Below, in pieces: positions 35,879 to 48,439 of a DNA stretch of 64,000 nucleotides. This DNA is from Monocercomonoides exilis PA203 (taxonomy: Eukaryota > Protista > Preaxostyla): assembly GCA_001643675.2 (NCBI GenBank), contig LSRY02000040.1, forward strand, positions 620,001 to 684,000, written 5' to 3'. How positions within the stretch are numbered: the stretch's first letter is position 1; every line of letters begins with the position of its first letter. A program made the translations under genes and the position numbers. Below the pieces are notes generated by a model. The model had not been told where the DNA came from. It saw only the letters and a program-made list of their open reading frames with translations, and searched no databases.

Positions 35879-38800
35879 ATCTTCTCCTCCTCCTTCTCCT
35901 TCTCCATTAACATTTTCCATTCCCAACATCCTCAACCCCTCTTCATCCATACATAACCCATCTAACATGACTCCTGATGCCTTTCTCTCTCCTCATCGCA
36001 TTCTTCACACAAGAAAAAGAAACTGTCCGCCTTCTCTTCGAATTCCTCCTTTTCGCGGGAGAGCAGAAAAGGAGAAAGAGAAGCATAAAACAAGTGAAAT
36101 CAGAGTGAAAGATGAGAGAGATAAAGAAATGAGCATGAGAAATTTGAAAAATGACAATGAGGTTATTCAATTTGAGAAAGGAAATATTCAAATGAATGAG
36201 AAAAACAAAAATGGCCTTTCATTTAATCAACTGGAGTATTCAACAAAGCAGACAAATGATGAGCTCACAGGAATTGTGGACCCATTGAAGCATAATTCCA
36301 CTTATCATTATCATCAGCAGCAGCAACAACATCATCAACAAAATTATCAACAGGATAATCAAGTGAATCAATTTTATCCACATGATCAACAAAATGTCTT
36401 CAATCAACAGCAGCAGCAACAACAACTTAACAAACAAATGAAAAGAATGATTTCAGAGCAAAGAGAAGATGGACTGATCAATTTGGGTGATTCATTTGGG
36501 CGAAGAGCAGAATTTCTGAGAAAGACGATGGAGAAAGCGAATGCGCAGATGAAAGGGGAGAATGTGAGCAAAGGAAGAAACCAGAGTGGACAAGAGAAAG
36601 AAGAGAAACAAGAAATTGATGGCAAAGAAGCAAATGCTATTCATAATGATGTGAAAGAGAATGAGAATGAAAAAGAAAACATATTCAATGAGAATAACGT
36701 TCGCATTCAACAACAACAACAACAACAAATTGTTTCTTTGCAAAATTCACAATTCGAACAATCATTTTCTGATTCTTGCGATTCGAAAGCAGTTTCACAT
36801 ACAAACAGTTCAGCAAATGGCTTTTTTGTCTCTTCAATTCCACATTCATTGCATTCATTGCATTCGTCGCAAACAGAAGAGTCAAGTTATCAGAGAGAAA
36901 GAACTGCAGATACAGCATTATCACAGAATTTGATGGATAGAAGAAACATAATGCAAAAACAAGAGACAGAGCAAAGGAATAATGAAAGTGGTGCAGTGGA
37001 AGAGAAAACAACGAATGCAAATGATAATAACAATAATGAAATGGAAAATGCAGAAGATAGAGTGAAGCAGAATGCACAGAGGATGCTCGACATCATTTTG
37101 CCATTTTTGAAGGAGAAGATCTCCTCAAACCCTTCTTCAACATCTACATCATCTTCATCATCATCTTCTCTTACTCCTTCTCTTGATGAAATAAGTTCCA
37201 TTCCTTTATCAACACTTTTGGCTTCCTCATTTTCATCATCTTCTTCTTCTTCCCTTCCTCCTTCTTCTTCAGCAGTTTCGACTTGTACAAATACAGTTCC
37301 CATTCATATCCCCATACCATCCTTTTTTGAAGAAGAAGAAGTAATTCCTTTGCCCACACAAAAAGTTCCATCATCAGATCAAACAGCAAACAGAGCAGAA
37401 CTGAATGATGCTTTTTCTGCCTCTCTCGTAGGATATAGCAGTCTTCCTGTGCTTCCGCAATGCAAACAGAATAGTTTTTCGTCTGCAATGGGAATTGCTT
37501 CATCCAATGTGCTGGAAAAGAAGGAAGCGAATGGATTTGTTGAATCGAACTCTATTGACAATCCAGATGGGGTCCTTGCACAATCAAGCCATTCAAACGA
37601 AAGCACAAGCAAAATGACTGGTGAATCAACGGAAGCCTGCGAGCCATTGACTGGAATGCAACACAGCTGTTCATTTGCCTCTGAGAAACCATTTGCGGCA
37701 CGAAAACATCATCATCAAAGAGGAGCAAGACAAGTGCCTCGTCCAGCGATGCTAAATGGCATGTCTTTGAGAAGCAGTTCACACTCAAACAAGCTTCTTT
37801 CACAGAGCAGGCATAGCAGAATGAAGAAGTCGAGATCGTATGACAGAAACCTTCCTCTTTCTCCTCTCTCGCTAAACGCTTTGGATTCGGCAGCACTTGC
37901 TGATATGCAGATCTTCGATTGGGCAGTGAATGAGCGGCTGAGGAAGGAGAAGGAGGATGAAGGAGTATTTATCCTGTCTGGAAACCAGCTCTCACCCATT
38001 ACTCCTCCAATAACTCAGTCACAAGAAGGAAATGGAAATGGATCAGGAAGGCTTTCAGCACTGCCTTTATCTGCATCTTTGTCTTGGGAATTGTCAGCAG
38101 ATAATCCAACCTCGCCTTTTGCATCAGAAGCAACAACATCATTTTTTGAAGAACTGAAAAGAAGAGAAGATGAGAGCGCTTCAACGAATGTTCAGGTTCA
38201 AGTGCAGAAAGTTGGAGGCAATGAGAATTTCATTCAAAGCGAAGAAAGCTCCAACCACCCGAAGGACATCGTCATCCAAATCACTCAGCCAGCCACTGAG
38301 GAAAGCGAGTCTGAAGGATCAAAGCAGAGTTCAGAGGAAGAAAAGCCTCTGAAGGCAACAACGCACATTCTCGACCACCCAAAGAACCCACTCATCCGCA
38401 CAGGGACGGTTCCAGCCATGCACAATGCATCGACCACGTTCCTCTCTTCTCACTCAGAGGTGTCTGTGGTCAGAACAATTCCTTCACCACTTTCAATGAG
38501 GAATGGATGTGGGGTGAATGAAAGTGACGGAGGAAGGTCGACGCAGAAGGATATTGATTCGTCGCCTCAGCTTGTGTATTGCATTGATTCTGAGCCTGAA
38601 GAAAAATTCAACGTTGAGTTGAATAAAACATCAGAGCAAAGAGAAAATGAAGAGCAAGGAGTATCCTCAACGACTTCTGCTTATTCCTCTTATTCCACTT
38701 CTTCCTCTTCCTCTTTTTCATCATCATCTTCTTCATCATCTTGTTTTTCTCCTGTTTTCAATCATTCATCCTCTCAGAGTGTCATTAATGACGGTCCAAA

Positions 38801-41800
38801 TGATCAGCAATGCAAACAGCAATCATCCCTTTTGAATGGACTTTTGTCGCCAAAACGCGACCGTTTGAAGGAAAGCAAGTTTCCACTGCTGAATTCATCC
38901 CGCTCGCAAATGTCACTGCTTCCTGCAATATTCCGGTTCAACACATCTTATTCCTCGCCTCCACTATCACCACAATCGCCTGTTCTTTTGCCAAACAGTA
39001 CAAACAACTTCGGTACAAGTGGATTGTTGAAAGGGAAAAACTTCAGCAGAAATGAGACAGACATGCTGAGTCCCACTGGGTTTGTGTCTCCCCCACTCCA
39101 TTCTCCGCCAATTCATTCTGTTTCAGAGGCTCAACTAAGTGCTTTGTTCCCCTCACTTCATCCTTGTTCACCCGAATCATCTCCTCAAAGAGAGCAACAT
39201 TTGTCATCTCGCTCAGAACACCGCCCTCCACTGCTTCATCCCACATCCCAATTTCCATCGATGAAAGAGCTGCCTCAGAACTCATTTGATTCATCTGTAA
39301 GCATCCTCTTTGATAGCATCGATGTGGCTCTTCCCAGATTGCCTTCTTCTGCTGCTCTGACAGACTGCCACTCCAAGGAAACAGAGCAGAAATGTGAAAG
39401 CGAAGCAGAAGGGAAGAATTCGAGTGTGTTTGCTGTGGGAGCAAACGGGATAGTTCGATTAAAGCCAGAGAAATGCAATGCATTAATACCCATGCAAATA
39501 GCCAGCCCTCCTATCCACTCTCCTCCTGTGTTCTCTTCTTCTGCCTCTGCGTTTTCGAGATATGTTCCAGCAGACTTCCAAAATAAGGGATTTGCACTTT
39601 TGGGGATGCAGAAGATATCGTCACGAGAGGAAATGCAGCAGAACGAGAACAATTCCATTCAGGAATCTGTGCCATCTTCTTCGCCTGCTTTGTCATCTCC
39701 TCATTTTGGAAGTATTGGAAGTCTGTCTGCAGAAGCTTTTGCTGGAATCAGTGCTTGTGCCAAAAACAATAATAACGTGAATGCCAATTCCAAGATTGTG
39801 AATCAATCTCCTCTTCGTTTCGATTCCAAGCCAGATGAGTCAGATGCATCTGCCTCCACAAACACCTCTGGAAAAACTTCAACAGAAAGAGAAGGAACAC
39901 TCTTGGACATCAAGTTTGCTCCACTGAATGAAAATCACTATTTGGAGAAAGAAGAAAACTTGACTGTTGGAAATGTTGATTCAGGAACAGAATCACATTC
40001 AACTTTGAAGATCACAGATATTCTTTCTCACACTCCTGTCTCGCTTCTCATTCCTGAAGCATCATCTAATTCGATTCATAGAACAACTTCTTCATCTGCC
40101 TCATCTTTATCATCATCTGATCCATTTTCCAATTTTCCGCCAAACAATAATGCTGAAAAGATGATACTGTCATCTGCTTCTTCTTCTTCTTCTTCAACTC
40201 CTTCTCGCTCTTCTTCATCCTCATTCACTCCTGTTAGCAACTATCTGACTTCTGCAACAACAAACTCCTGCACATCGCAGTCACCAACATTCATGTATTT
40301 AACTCATCCTTCTCCTTCACCCACTCCACGCACTCCGAAATCGTCATTGATGCACAGCTTGTGGAGCAAGTTCAAACGTTCTTTTGGAATCACAGAGGCA
40401 CAGGAGACAGAAGTGGAAGCGATGACTGAAGGGTTGCTGATGTCTCAGCACTCAAGCATGGTGCAATCATCATCTGCTATCACACCAGGAAGAGCATCTG
40501 TACAAAGCATGACAAAGATACACACAATATCGCATCTTTCAGCAAGTGAAGAGGAAGAGGAAGAGGAAGAAGGAGAAGGTGAGGAAGGGCAACACAAACA
40601 GGAAGCATGGAGTGTTCACAAACAAGATATGCAAAACTGGGAAGTTTGTGGAGATGGTCGAATAAGCAGCAGTGCAATTGGGGAAGGCGATGGAGATGAT
40701 GATGATGATGAATCAGAGATGGAGAGGATGCTGTTCAGCCCATTTGACGGTGCAGATGCTGGAATCTCAATGAAGTCATCGAAGCAGCTGCAGATACAGG
40801 AAGATCGTTCTGTGTGCGCGAATGGGGAGTTGGCTTCTCCAATTCAGCAAGAGCTGACTTTAAAATCAGAAGCATATGATTTGGAAGCAGACTTGAATGA
40901 TGCTGACAACGAGCCCGAACACATTCTCTCTCCCACACTTTCAGAGAAGCTGTCACATGCAAATGCGATTGATTGTCAGCCTCATGGAAAAGAAGTTGTC
41001 CAACTTGGAACACTTTCATCACTTCCAGACATGCAAAGAACTTCTCATTTATTAAGTTATCATCATAATTCTCCCTGCAGCGAAAGGCAAATGAGGATGA
41101 TCCAATCTGTTTCAGTGGCATTAGCAACTCCTGTGCAGGCAGGAATTAGCTTATTCAACACTCCTCATTTTCCTGAAGCGCCATTGTCAGGAGGGTGCCC
41201 TCTTCACTTGCTTTCTCCTCGTCTTCTTCGGATCTGTGCTCCTCAGCCTACAACTCCCATTGTTCATCCTTATGCGCCCTGCTTTTCTCCTTTTGATTCG
41301 CCAAATTCTTCTTCCTCTTCCTCTTCATTTTCTCCTGCTGCAACTTCGTCTTCCAACAATCGGCGCTCTCCAATTTTAGGAGCGCTTTCATCTCCGAAAG
41401 TTAATACAGCGATATCGTCTGTAACAACATCAACTCCAACCACTGCTTCTACTTCTTCGTCGGCTTCATGTGCCTCAGGAATACCAACTTCCTCGTGCTT
41501 ATCATCACCTTGCATTTATTCTGAAGCATCTCCTCAGTTCAGCAGCATTCTAAATCGATTGCCTCGCAGTGAAAATGCAACAGGACATGGTATATCCCGT
41601 CTTTTATCACAATCTTCAGAGGAGGCAAGAATCGTTCGAGATATTCAGAGCTTCCCACAGCCCAGTGAAATCAGTTGCGAAGCTGAGAAAAGCCCTCACT
41701 CAATTTTCAGTCCAAGCATTTCCAGCTCTTCTGCAATGTTTTCGCCTCATTTCTCAGCATACTATGACGATCTTAGCATTACACACGATGCAACAGAAGA

Positions 41801-42152
41801 GATTTCGCTGCCAGATGGAATTGAAAGCACGCTTCAGAGCGCGAGAAGAGTCGAAGATGGCGAAAGCAGGTGGAGAATGAAGAGCAAGGGACTTCTCCCT
41901 TCGAATGAAGACGAGGAAATAATCAATCTTATGCAGCAGATTGCGATTTTACAGAAGAAGAAAATGAATAAAACAAAAGCGAAACAGAATGAAGATTGGA
42001 TGAATGTGTCAGAGAAGCATGGAGAAAAGGATATAATCAGCGGATTATATAACTCGACGATTCCGGAGGTTGTGGAGGAAGAAAGGGTGGTAAGCGAGGA
42101 GGATAAACAGATGAACAGCAAAGAAGCAAATGAAAGAAACATTATTCAATAA
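34275..42152 (+). CDS. Very large Ser/Pro/Gln-rich, probably disordered, hypothetical protein (2625 aa)
   Basis: Uninterrupted 7.9-kb ORF in AT-rich DNA with many SP motifs and poly-S tracts. No domain recognised. True start and end uncertain. Confidence 0.7.
35394..35511. repeat. (TCTTCC)n hexamer repeat encoding poly-Ser
   Basis: Directly visible. Confidence 0.95.
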
Positions 42153-44999
42153 ACGAATGGAATTGAACAACAATCCGAAGAAGAATACGATGATGTTGAA
42201 TTGAGGCAGTGGAATGGTGGTGAAAAAGAACATATTTTCAAAAATAATGAACAAATAAGTTAGAAAAAAGGATTTAGATCTGATGAGCAGGATGAAAGAC
42301 GAGGAAGCAGAGGAGCGCTGAGTTCAACTGCCAAAGAAGAAGAAGATGCTGATGAACGACTGAGCAGAATTCGGTGTAAGCTTCGATGTGAAGGATGGAT
42401 TGACAGCTCAGCACAGCAGATTGAGCTTGGTGGGTGGGAAAACGGGCAGATGTTCCGCTTGCCAAGTGAGAGCATTTTACACACAGTTATGCAACTAACG
42501 ATGGCGTGTTCAGCAACATTGCAAAATCAGATTGTCAGAGAGAAGAAAGGATCGGAGGAAATGAAAAAGAAAGAACAGCTCGCAACAGCAGATGAAGAAG
42601 AGATTAGCTGTCATTCGAAGGAACAGGAAATGAGGCTTGGATCAAAAGTTGCAAAATCAGAGCGTGTTATATTGGCTCATGAAGATCAAAAGCCAGGACC
42701 AGGTTCGCAGTTACTCTGGAGCAATGACGGGACAGGAAAGGCCTGTTTGCAGATGCATCCAAGCACAATTACAAAAGACAATTCTGCTCAAACATCTTCT
42801 TCTGCTTCCTCTTCTTCTTAGGCTTTGTTGGCATCTTTGTTGATTCATTCAACACAACCAATATCTATAAGCCAATCTCAGAAAACGAGAAATTTCAGCA
42901 AAGATTCGAAGTGGAATGGTTATTCATGGAGCGATCAGTCCACTCTTCGTTCAGCTTCTCAGCAGCACGCAGCCCAGACAAGTTCATCTGATGCACCAAA
43001 AACAAGAGTTGTATTCAAATTGCGAATGTTGCGCATAGCTGTGTTGATGTTGACGAGCTATTGAAACTCGAACAAGTTCGGAAAATACAAAAAGGAAAAA
43101 GAAAAGAAGGAGGTTTTTCAGAGGGAAAGATCATTGATTCAGAAATTGGAAGCGAAGATCGCTAAAGTGTCATGAAAGAAGCATTAACTGAAAGTCCTTT
43201 TAATGCAGTGAGAAGCAACTTGTAATACACCAACGAATTCTTCTGTTTCGGATGCTGTTATGCCTTCACTTTTATCTTCATCCTTGACATCGGAATCACC
43301 TCTTCCAAATCTGAAATCTCTCGAGAGTTAAAGCTTTGTCATAATCAGCTTTGTATGTTTGATTTTCTCTCAAAGGTGTGTGTTTATTCTATGAATAATT
43401 AACTGATTTCTTTTCATTTCCTCTTTTATTGTCTCTTGTTCTTTCATTGAGTCAAAATTCACCCAATTTTTATCATATCAACATTCCATATGCAAATCCT
43501 CAAAATTTTAGTATTTGTGATTTGTTGTGAATTAGTGATTTCATCGATATTTAATTCTTTCGTTCAGAAAATCAGATTTTCTAATAATTGTTCGAGACCA
43601 TAACTGTTTGATATAATTTTTTGGAATTGAGCTTCCATGAATAAGAATTATTTATTTATCTTTTCGTGTTCTTATTTTTCAAAACTTTAAAATTTTGAAA
43701 ATGGATCAGAAAATCTTTTGATAGAACTCAGTGAGACAGGTTTGCTGCGAGATTATGAGTATTGATCACGATTAATGTGTGGTTTAAGTGAGAACTTCTC
43801 CCTCCCAAATAACGTGGAAAAAAGGGCGAGATGAAAATGCAAAACAATAACATTGAAATTTAGAAATAAAATAATGCATTGTCCGCTTCACTTCACCACC
43901 AACTTCGCCTTTTTGCCTTGGTCACGAAGATCAGAGGGCAGGGGACATAGCCCCTCGGAGCTTTCTCCTGCAGTCCGTGCAGGGATCAGGTGAGGCGAGA
44001 AATCTTGGAGCAGAAAGAAAAACCACTCTCACTTATGCAAGGCGTGGAAAAGAAAACTGCATGTGATGTGCTCTGCCTCCCGTTCTTCTGCTGCATCGGC
44101 AGAGCAAACCCTATCATCGCGCACTGTGAAGACCAATCTAATTCTTCTGTGTGAAGAACAATCGTTGTCGTGTTGGAAAGATAGCTTCTGATTACACTTG
44201 TTTACTCATTCTATTTGTATCTTTCCAGGCTCTAGGCGTACGCTGATCACTTCGGGCGTTTGCTCTTTCTTTCTCTCTTTCTATATCTCGCCCTTTTTTC
44301 TCATCATCTTCTCACTCGCATGAGGCTTTCCTTCGCACCAAGCTGCCTATCGCCTCTCCATCCGCATTATTATTATCTCGGAGCAAAAACTGTCTCACTG
44401 CGTTCGATCAATTCGCAATAGAGCGAATAAACGAACGCAAGGAGCAGGTTTGCTCCTCAATAATGAGTCTTGAAAGCCCTTTTTTATATATTTATTTTGA
44501 TTAAATAATATTATTATTTATAAATTTATTTTTTTGTTATGATCTTAAACCCTCTTGCCTTGCACGTCATCGTGCGGCGGATGCATAAAGAGCCTGCGGA
44601 TGAATGTGCGGTTCCTGTCTCTACTCCCTCCCTTTCTTGGGGTGTTTCCGAGGCGTGCTCGACCGGGAATTCTTTTCTCTTGAGTTCTTTATCATCTAAC
44701 CTGGATATCTCACACACTGCTTCCTCCAGTCTATGCCCTTCTTTCTCTGTGAAGCAGTGTGTTTGCTTCCAGTCAGCTCGCTTGCTCTGAAGGGAATTAT
44801 GAGGGGTGTTCTCCAAAGCTGGGGTGATCGGGATGAGTTATGTTGTGATTGGGTTCTTTCTCTTTTCTTTGTCTCATTTCAACTCGGTAAGTATATTCTC
44901 TTTTTCTTCATTCATTTGCTCATATCTTCTTCTCCTCCAACTTCTGAAGTATTTTTGGTGCAATCTTTCATTTCTAATTTTCCTTTCTCGATTCTCATA

Positions 45000-45330
45000 T
45001 CCTTCCTTCCTCTATCCATTTCCGACTTTTCTGCTTCTCCGCAAAAGGGTCCTGGGCTGCCAAAAGTCTCCAGGATTTATTTCGTATCTTGAACCGGCAA
45101 ACTGTAAAGTGTTCCTGTGCCACCCTTCAACCCTGTCCACATGTCGCGTCTGCATTGATTGCTTTCTTATCTGCACCTTCTCGTCTAACAAAGAGTGCAA
45201 TCACTGCAAGTCTTATCGAGTATGCGGTAAACGTGATGAGCATTCCGTTCTCTCTCAGCAAAGCCACAAACTCTTCTTCTATTCTTTGCAAAATTGTGAA
45301 TTGTTTTTCTCTAATATCATCCAACGCGAT
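45000..45330 (-). pseudogene. Remnant of a second DIRS-type tyrosine recombinase C-terminus
   Basis: LLRENGMLITFTAYSIRLAVIALFVRREGADKKAINA aligns by eye with AMKQAGINPSFRPYTIKHAALSALLAAGVPEVMVAH of the intact YR. The frame is broken. Confidence 0.45.
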
Positions 45331-45694
45331 TTCATCTCTTAAATTCGTCCTTGACTAACTAATTCATTATTGGAGCGTTTCTTCTGCATCGATGAGTGCG
45401 TTTGAATGTTTGTTAATATCGATATTTATAGTCTTTTTAACTGTTATCTTTATCTGCACTTCTATTAATACTATATTCTCTTTCAATATAGAACACTCCC
45501 TTCTCAATCTCTCCAGCTCAGCTGGCTCAAAAGTTTCAAACTTATTGTGAGGATGAGAGCTCTTCTCTGGAGTATTTGTGTGTCTAAAGAATTTTTTGTG
45601 GCATCTTCCTATTTTGTAATAATTGCAAAATCCCACATTGGTTCACATCATTTGCAGTTTCTCGGCTTCTCTCCCACATAAGTTTTTTTAAAAA

Positions 45695-45744
45695 ATATGG
45701 GTGATTTTTTTTGATATCATAAAAAAAGATCAAAAATCGAAAAA
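45695..45744. repeat. Dispersed repeat of about 50 bp (copy 2)
   Basis: Matches 16109-16157. Confidence 0.7.
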
Positions 45745-46519
45745 TTAAAATCTATTGTGGTTTCATTGATCATAAAATAAAAATTGATTTTTCATAAGCA
45801 TTTATCATTTATTACTGTGATATATATGTGTTTTATAATTTATTCAAAAATACATATCTATTTTTATGTTTAAAAAAAAAAAGAATTTATTTATTAAGTT
45901 TCAAAAAAGAAAAGAAAAGAAAAATAAATCTTAAAAAGGAAAATATAAAGTTCAAAAACTTGTTTTACAATAGAAATACTTAAGAACATTATTAATGAAA
46001 ATTTGAGAAGATTGCAAAATGGATAAAAAACTCTTGATTTCTAATAAAAAATGTTTGTTTTCTCCAGTTCTTTAGCGAAAACAGTTCCGTCAAATCTCCG
46101 TTCCAGCTGTGAAGCTCATAAGCATCAGCGAACGGAGAATGGAATGAACAGGAGATAAAAATTATGAATAAGGCAGATTCAATCTTATCTTTTCTCTCTA
46201 TGTTCTTCATTTGAACTGCCCTCCCTGCTTCCTTCTTTATTTGCCACACTTCCTCCTTCTATTTCCAATCTACTTCTTCCAAATCCTTCGTTCGGAAATT
46301 ATTGTTGATGATGAAAGCATCTTTCTCGAGCTCTTTCTTTTCCTCTGCCATCTCCTCCGTCAAACTTTCTCTCCTTTGGAATCACCTTCTGCTTCATGAG
46401 AAGCATTTTCTCAGCCCAGCATAACCAGCAAATAATCTCTTGTAAAATGTTTATTATTCACACAAAGTTCACAGGTTGCTTCATGAGCGAGGAAGTGAGG
46501 TAACAAGGCCAGTATCTAA

Positions 46520-47195
46520 AGAGATGTGCATTTTGTGTGTGAATCCCTTGTCGCTTCTGTGAAAGAGCCCTTGTTCACTTTCATGGGAAACATCACTCAG
46601 AAAGACAACTCGGTTGTTGGACATGACAGAACAGAAGCATTCGGTGATTGGAATGTCGATTAATAAATCTTTATCAACGGGCATACAGCTGACAATGAAT
46701 ATGTGAATGATCATCTTGGTATCAAAGCAATGAATTGCTGGCTATCAAAGATGTCCTGCAAGAGGACACAAAACGCGATGTGTCTTCTGGAGAAGGTGCA
46801 GATCATAAGGCAGAAATCATTTCATCAGCTGACTTGTCGGTGGATTGGTGCAAGTGACGACAAGGTCGAAGAAAGATGGGGAGATGGCACACAAAATAGA
46901 AGAAAACATCTCATATGTGCATTTGATGAAATCAACATTGCTTGTCTGGCAATTTATTCTCTTGTTTCACAGAAATTTTCCATAAAAAATATGCCTTTTC
47001 AAATAAATAAGTTTCCCTCATCGTTTCATCTTCTACGACATATTGAAGGCATTTGGCATTGTGTAACCTGCCGAACGCTATTTTTGAGCTCATTCATTTC
47101 ATAAAAGAATTGCTCTAATACTCTTTCTTTTTAATCTGCGCCTCTTTCAGCTTCCAAATAAAAAAAGGCAAAATCGTCCTCCTTTTTTGATTTCA
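46520..47195 (+). pseudogene. Diverged inverted paralogous fragment of 10915-11580 (PMP-like family)
   Basis: Collinear reverse-complement similarity over about 670 bp, e.g. tgtgtgtgaatcccttgt(c/a)gcttctgtgaa and gacaactcgg(t/c)tgttggacatgacagaacagaagcatt. Confidence 0.85.
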
Positions 47196-48439
47196 CTCTG
47201 ACTGATCAGTTTCTTTCGACAAGAAATCACATCTGTTGTTATTAAAACTTAGCCACATATCGCAATAGAATGAATATGCCTTTTGTGCTTCCGAAAAGAT
47301 AATAAAAGATGATGCTTGGTCCTGGATTTAACGGGAGTTGAAGAAATGAGAAAATAATTTGCTAACTCGGAAGCTCTGCTGAATTGTATAAAACAGACAT
47401 TTCACTAAGTCGATGCTCTGATCCAATGCCAAATAAGAAGAAACATAAAAGAAGAAGTTGAAAAATAGTTGAAGAAGGTGTTGATGACAATGATGACGAG
47501 GATAAAGAGGGATATTCTGCTTTTAATAAAGTTTATTACTGAAATGAAGTGGATGTGACTGAATATATTGATGATTAAGAGGAGACGGTGGTGATAAAAG
47601 GCTCGTTGAAAGTGAAAAGTTGAATGAGAAGAGTCTCAGACAGAGATGAAATATCATGCAGATAAATTGATCTTTTCTTTTTCTTTCCTTTTTATCGATT
47701 TTCTCATGCACTTTCTTCTTTTTCTTGTCTTTCAGCTTGCCTCTTCCAGCTCCTGGATCTTCTTCTGTTCTCCTTAGACCATGTTCTTCGCAGTCAGTAT
47801 TCGTTTTATCTGCTCGTCAATCTCTTCTCAGTCTTTCGTGACTTCTGCTCACTCCAGCTCTGTCAGCTTCTTGATCATCTCTTTGTTCTTGTAATGTTCC
47901 TCGATCATCTTGTATTTCACTTCTAGCAGAACAGCTCCTTCCTCTCTTTCCTTCCACAAGCCTCCCAAACACTCTGTTCTCTCTTTCTATTTGCACAAAT
48001 AAAACAACTTTCTCGTTTTTGTTGATTTGTATCATTCTTTTTCCATTTTTTCTTTTCTGTTATCTCTTTCAGTCTCATCTGCATTTTTATTTATAGAAGC
48101 ACTTTCGTTTTCTTTGATTTCATCATTTTCAGGAATTTTTTGTGTTATAGATAGACTTCCAAAGATATATCCGCATTCTGTTTCTTTTTGGTGACATTTC
48201 TCTTCTTCCAATTGAACACTTCTTGTAAGATCTCTTTCTGTCCATCAAAATTATCTTTTCTTTCGCCAATTACTTTCACAGAACAGCTTTCAATCTTTTC
48301 TCAAGCTGAAACTCTTCTTTTTCTGTCTCTCTTTCATCATCTCTAATATAACTTCCTTTCCCCCTTCTTCTTCTCATTGTTCACCATCTCTTCCTCACAT
48401 TCTTCACGGCTTCTTTATTGATATCCGATCATCTTGTTT

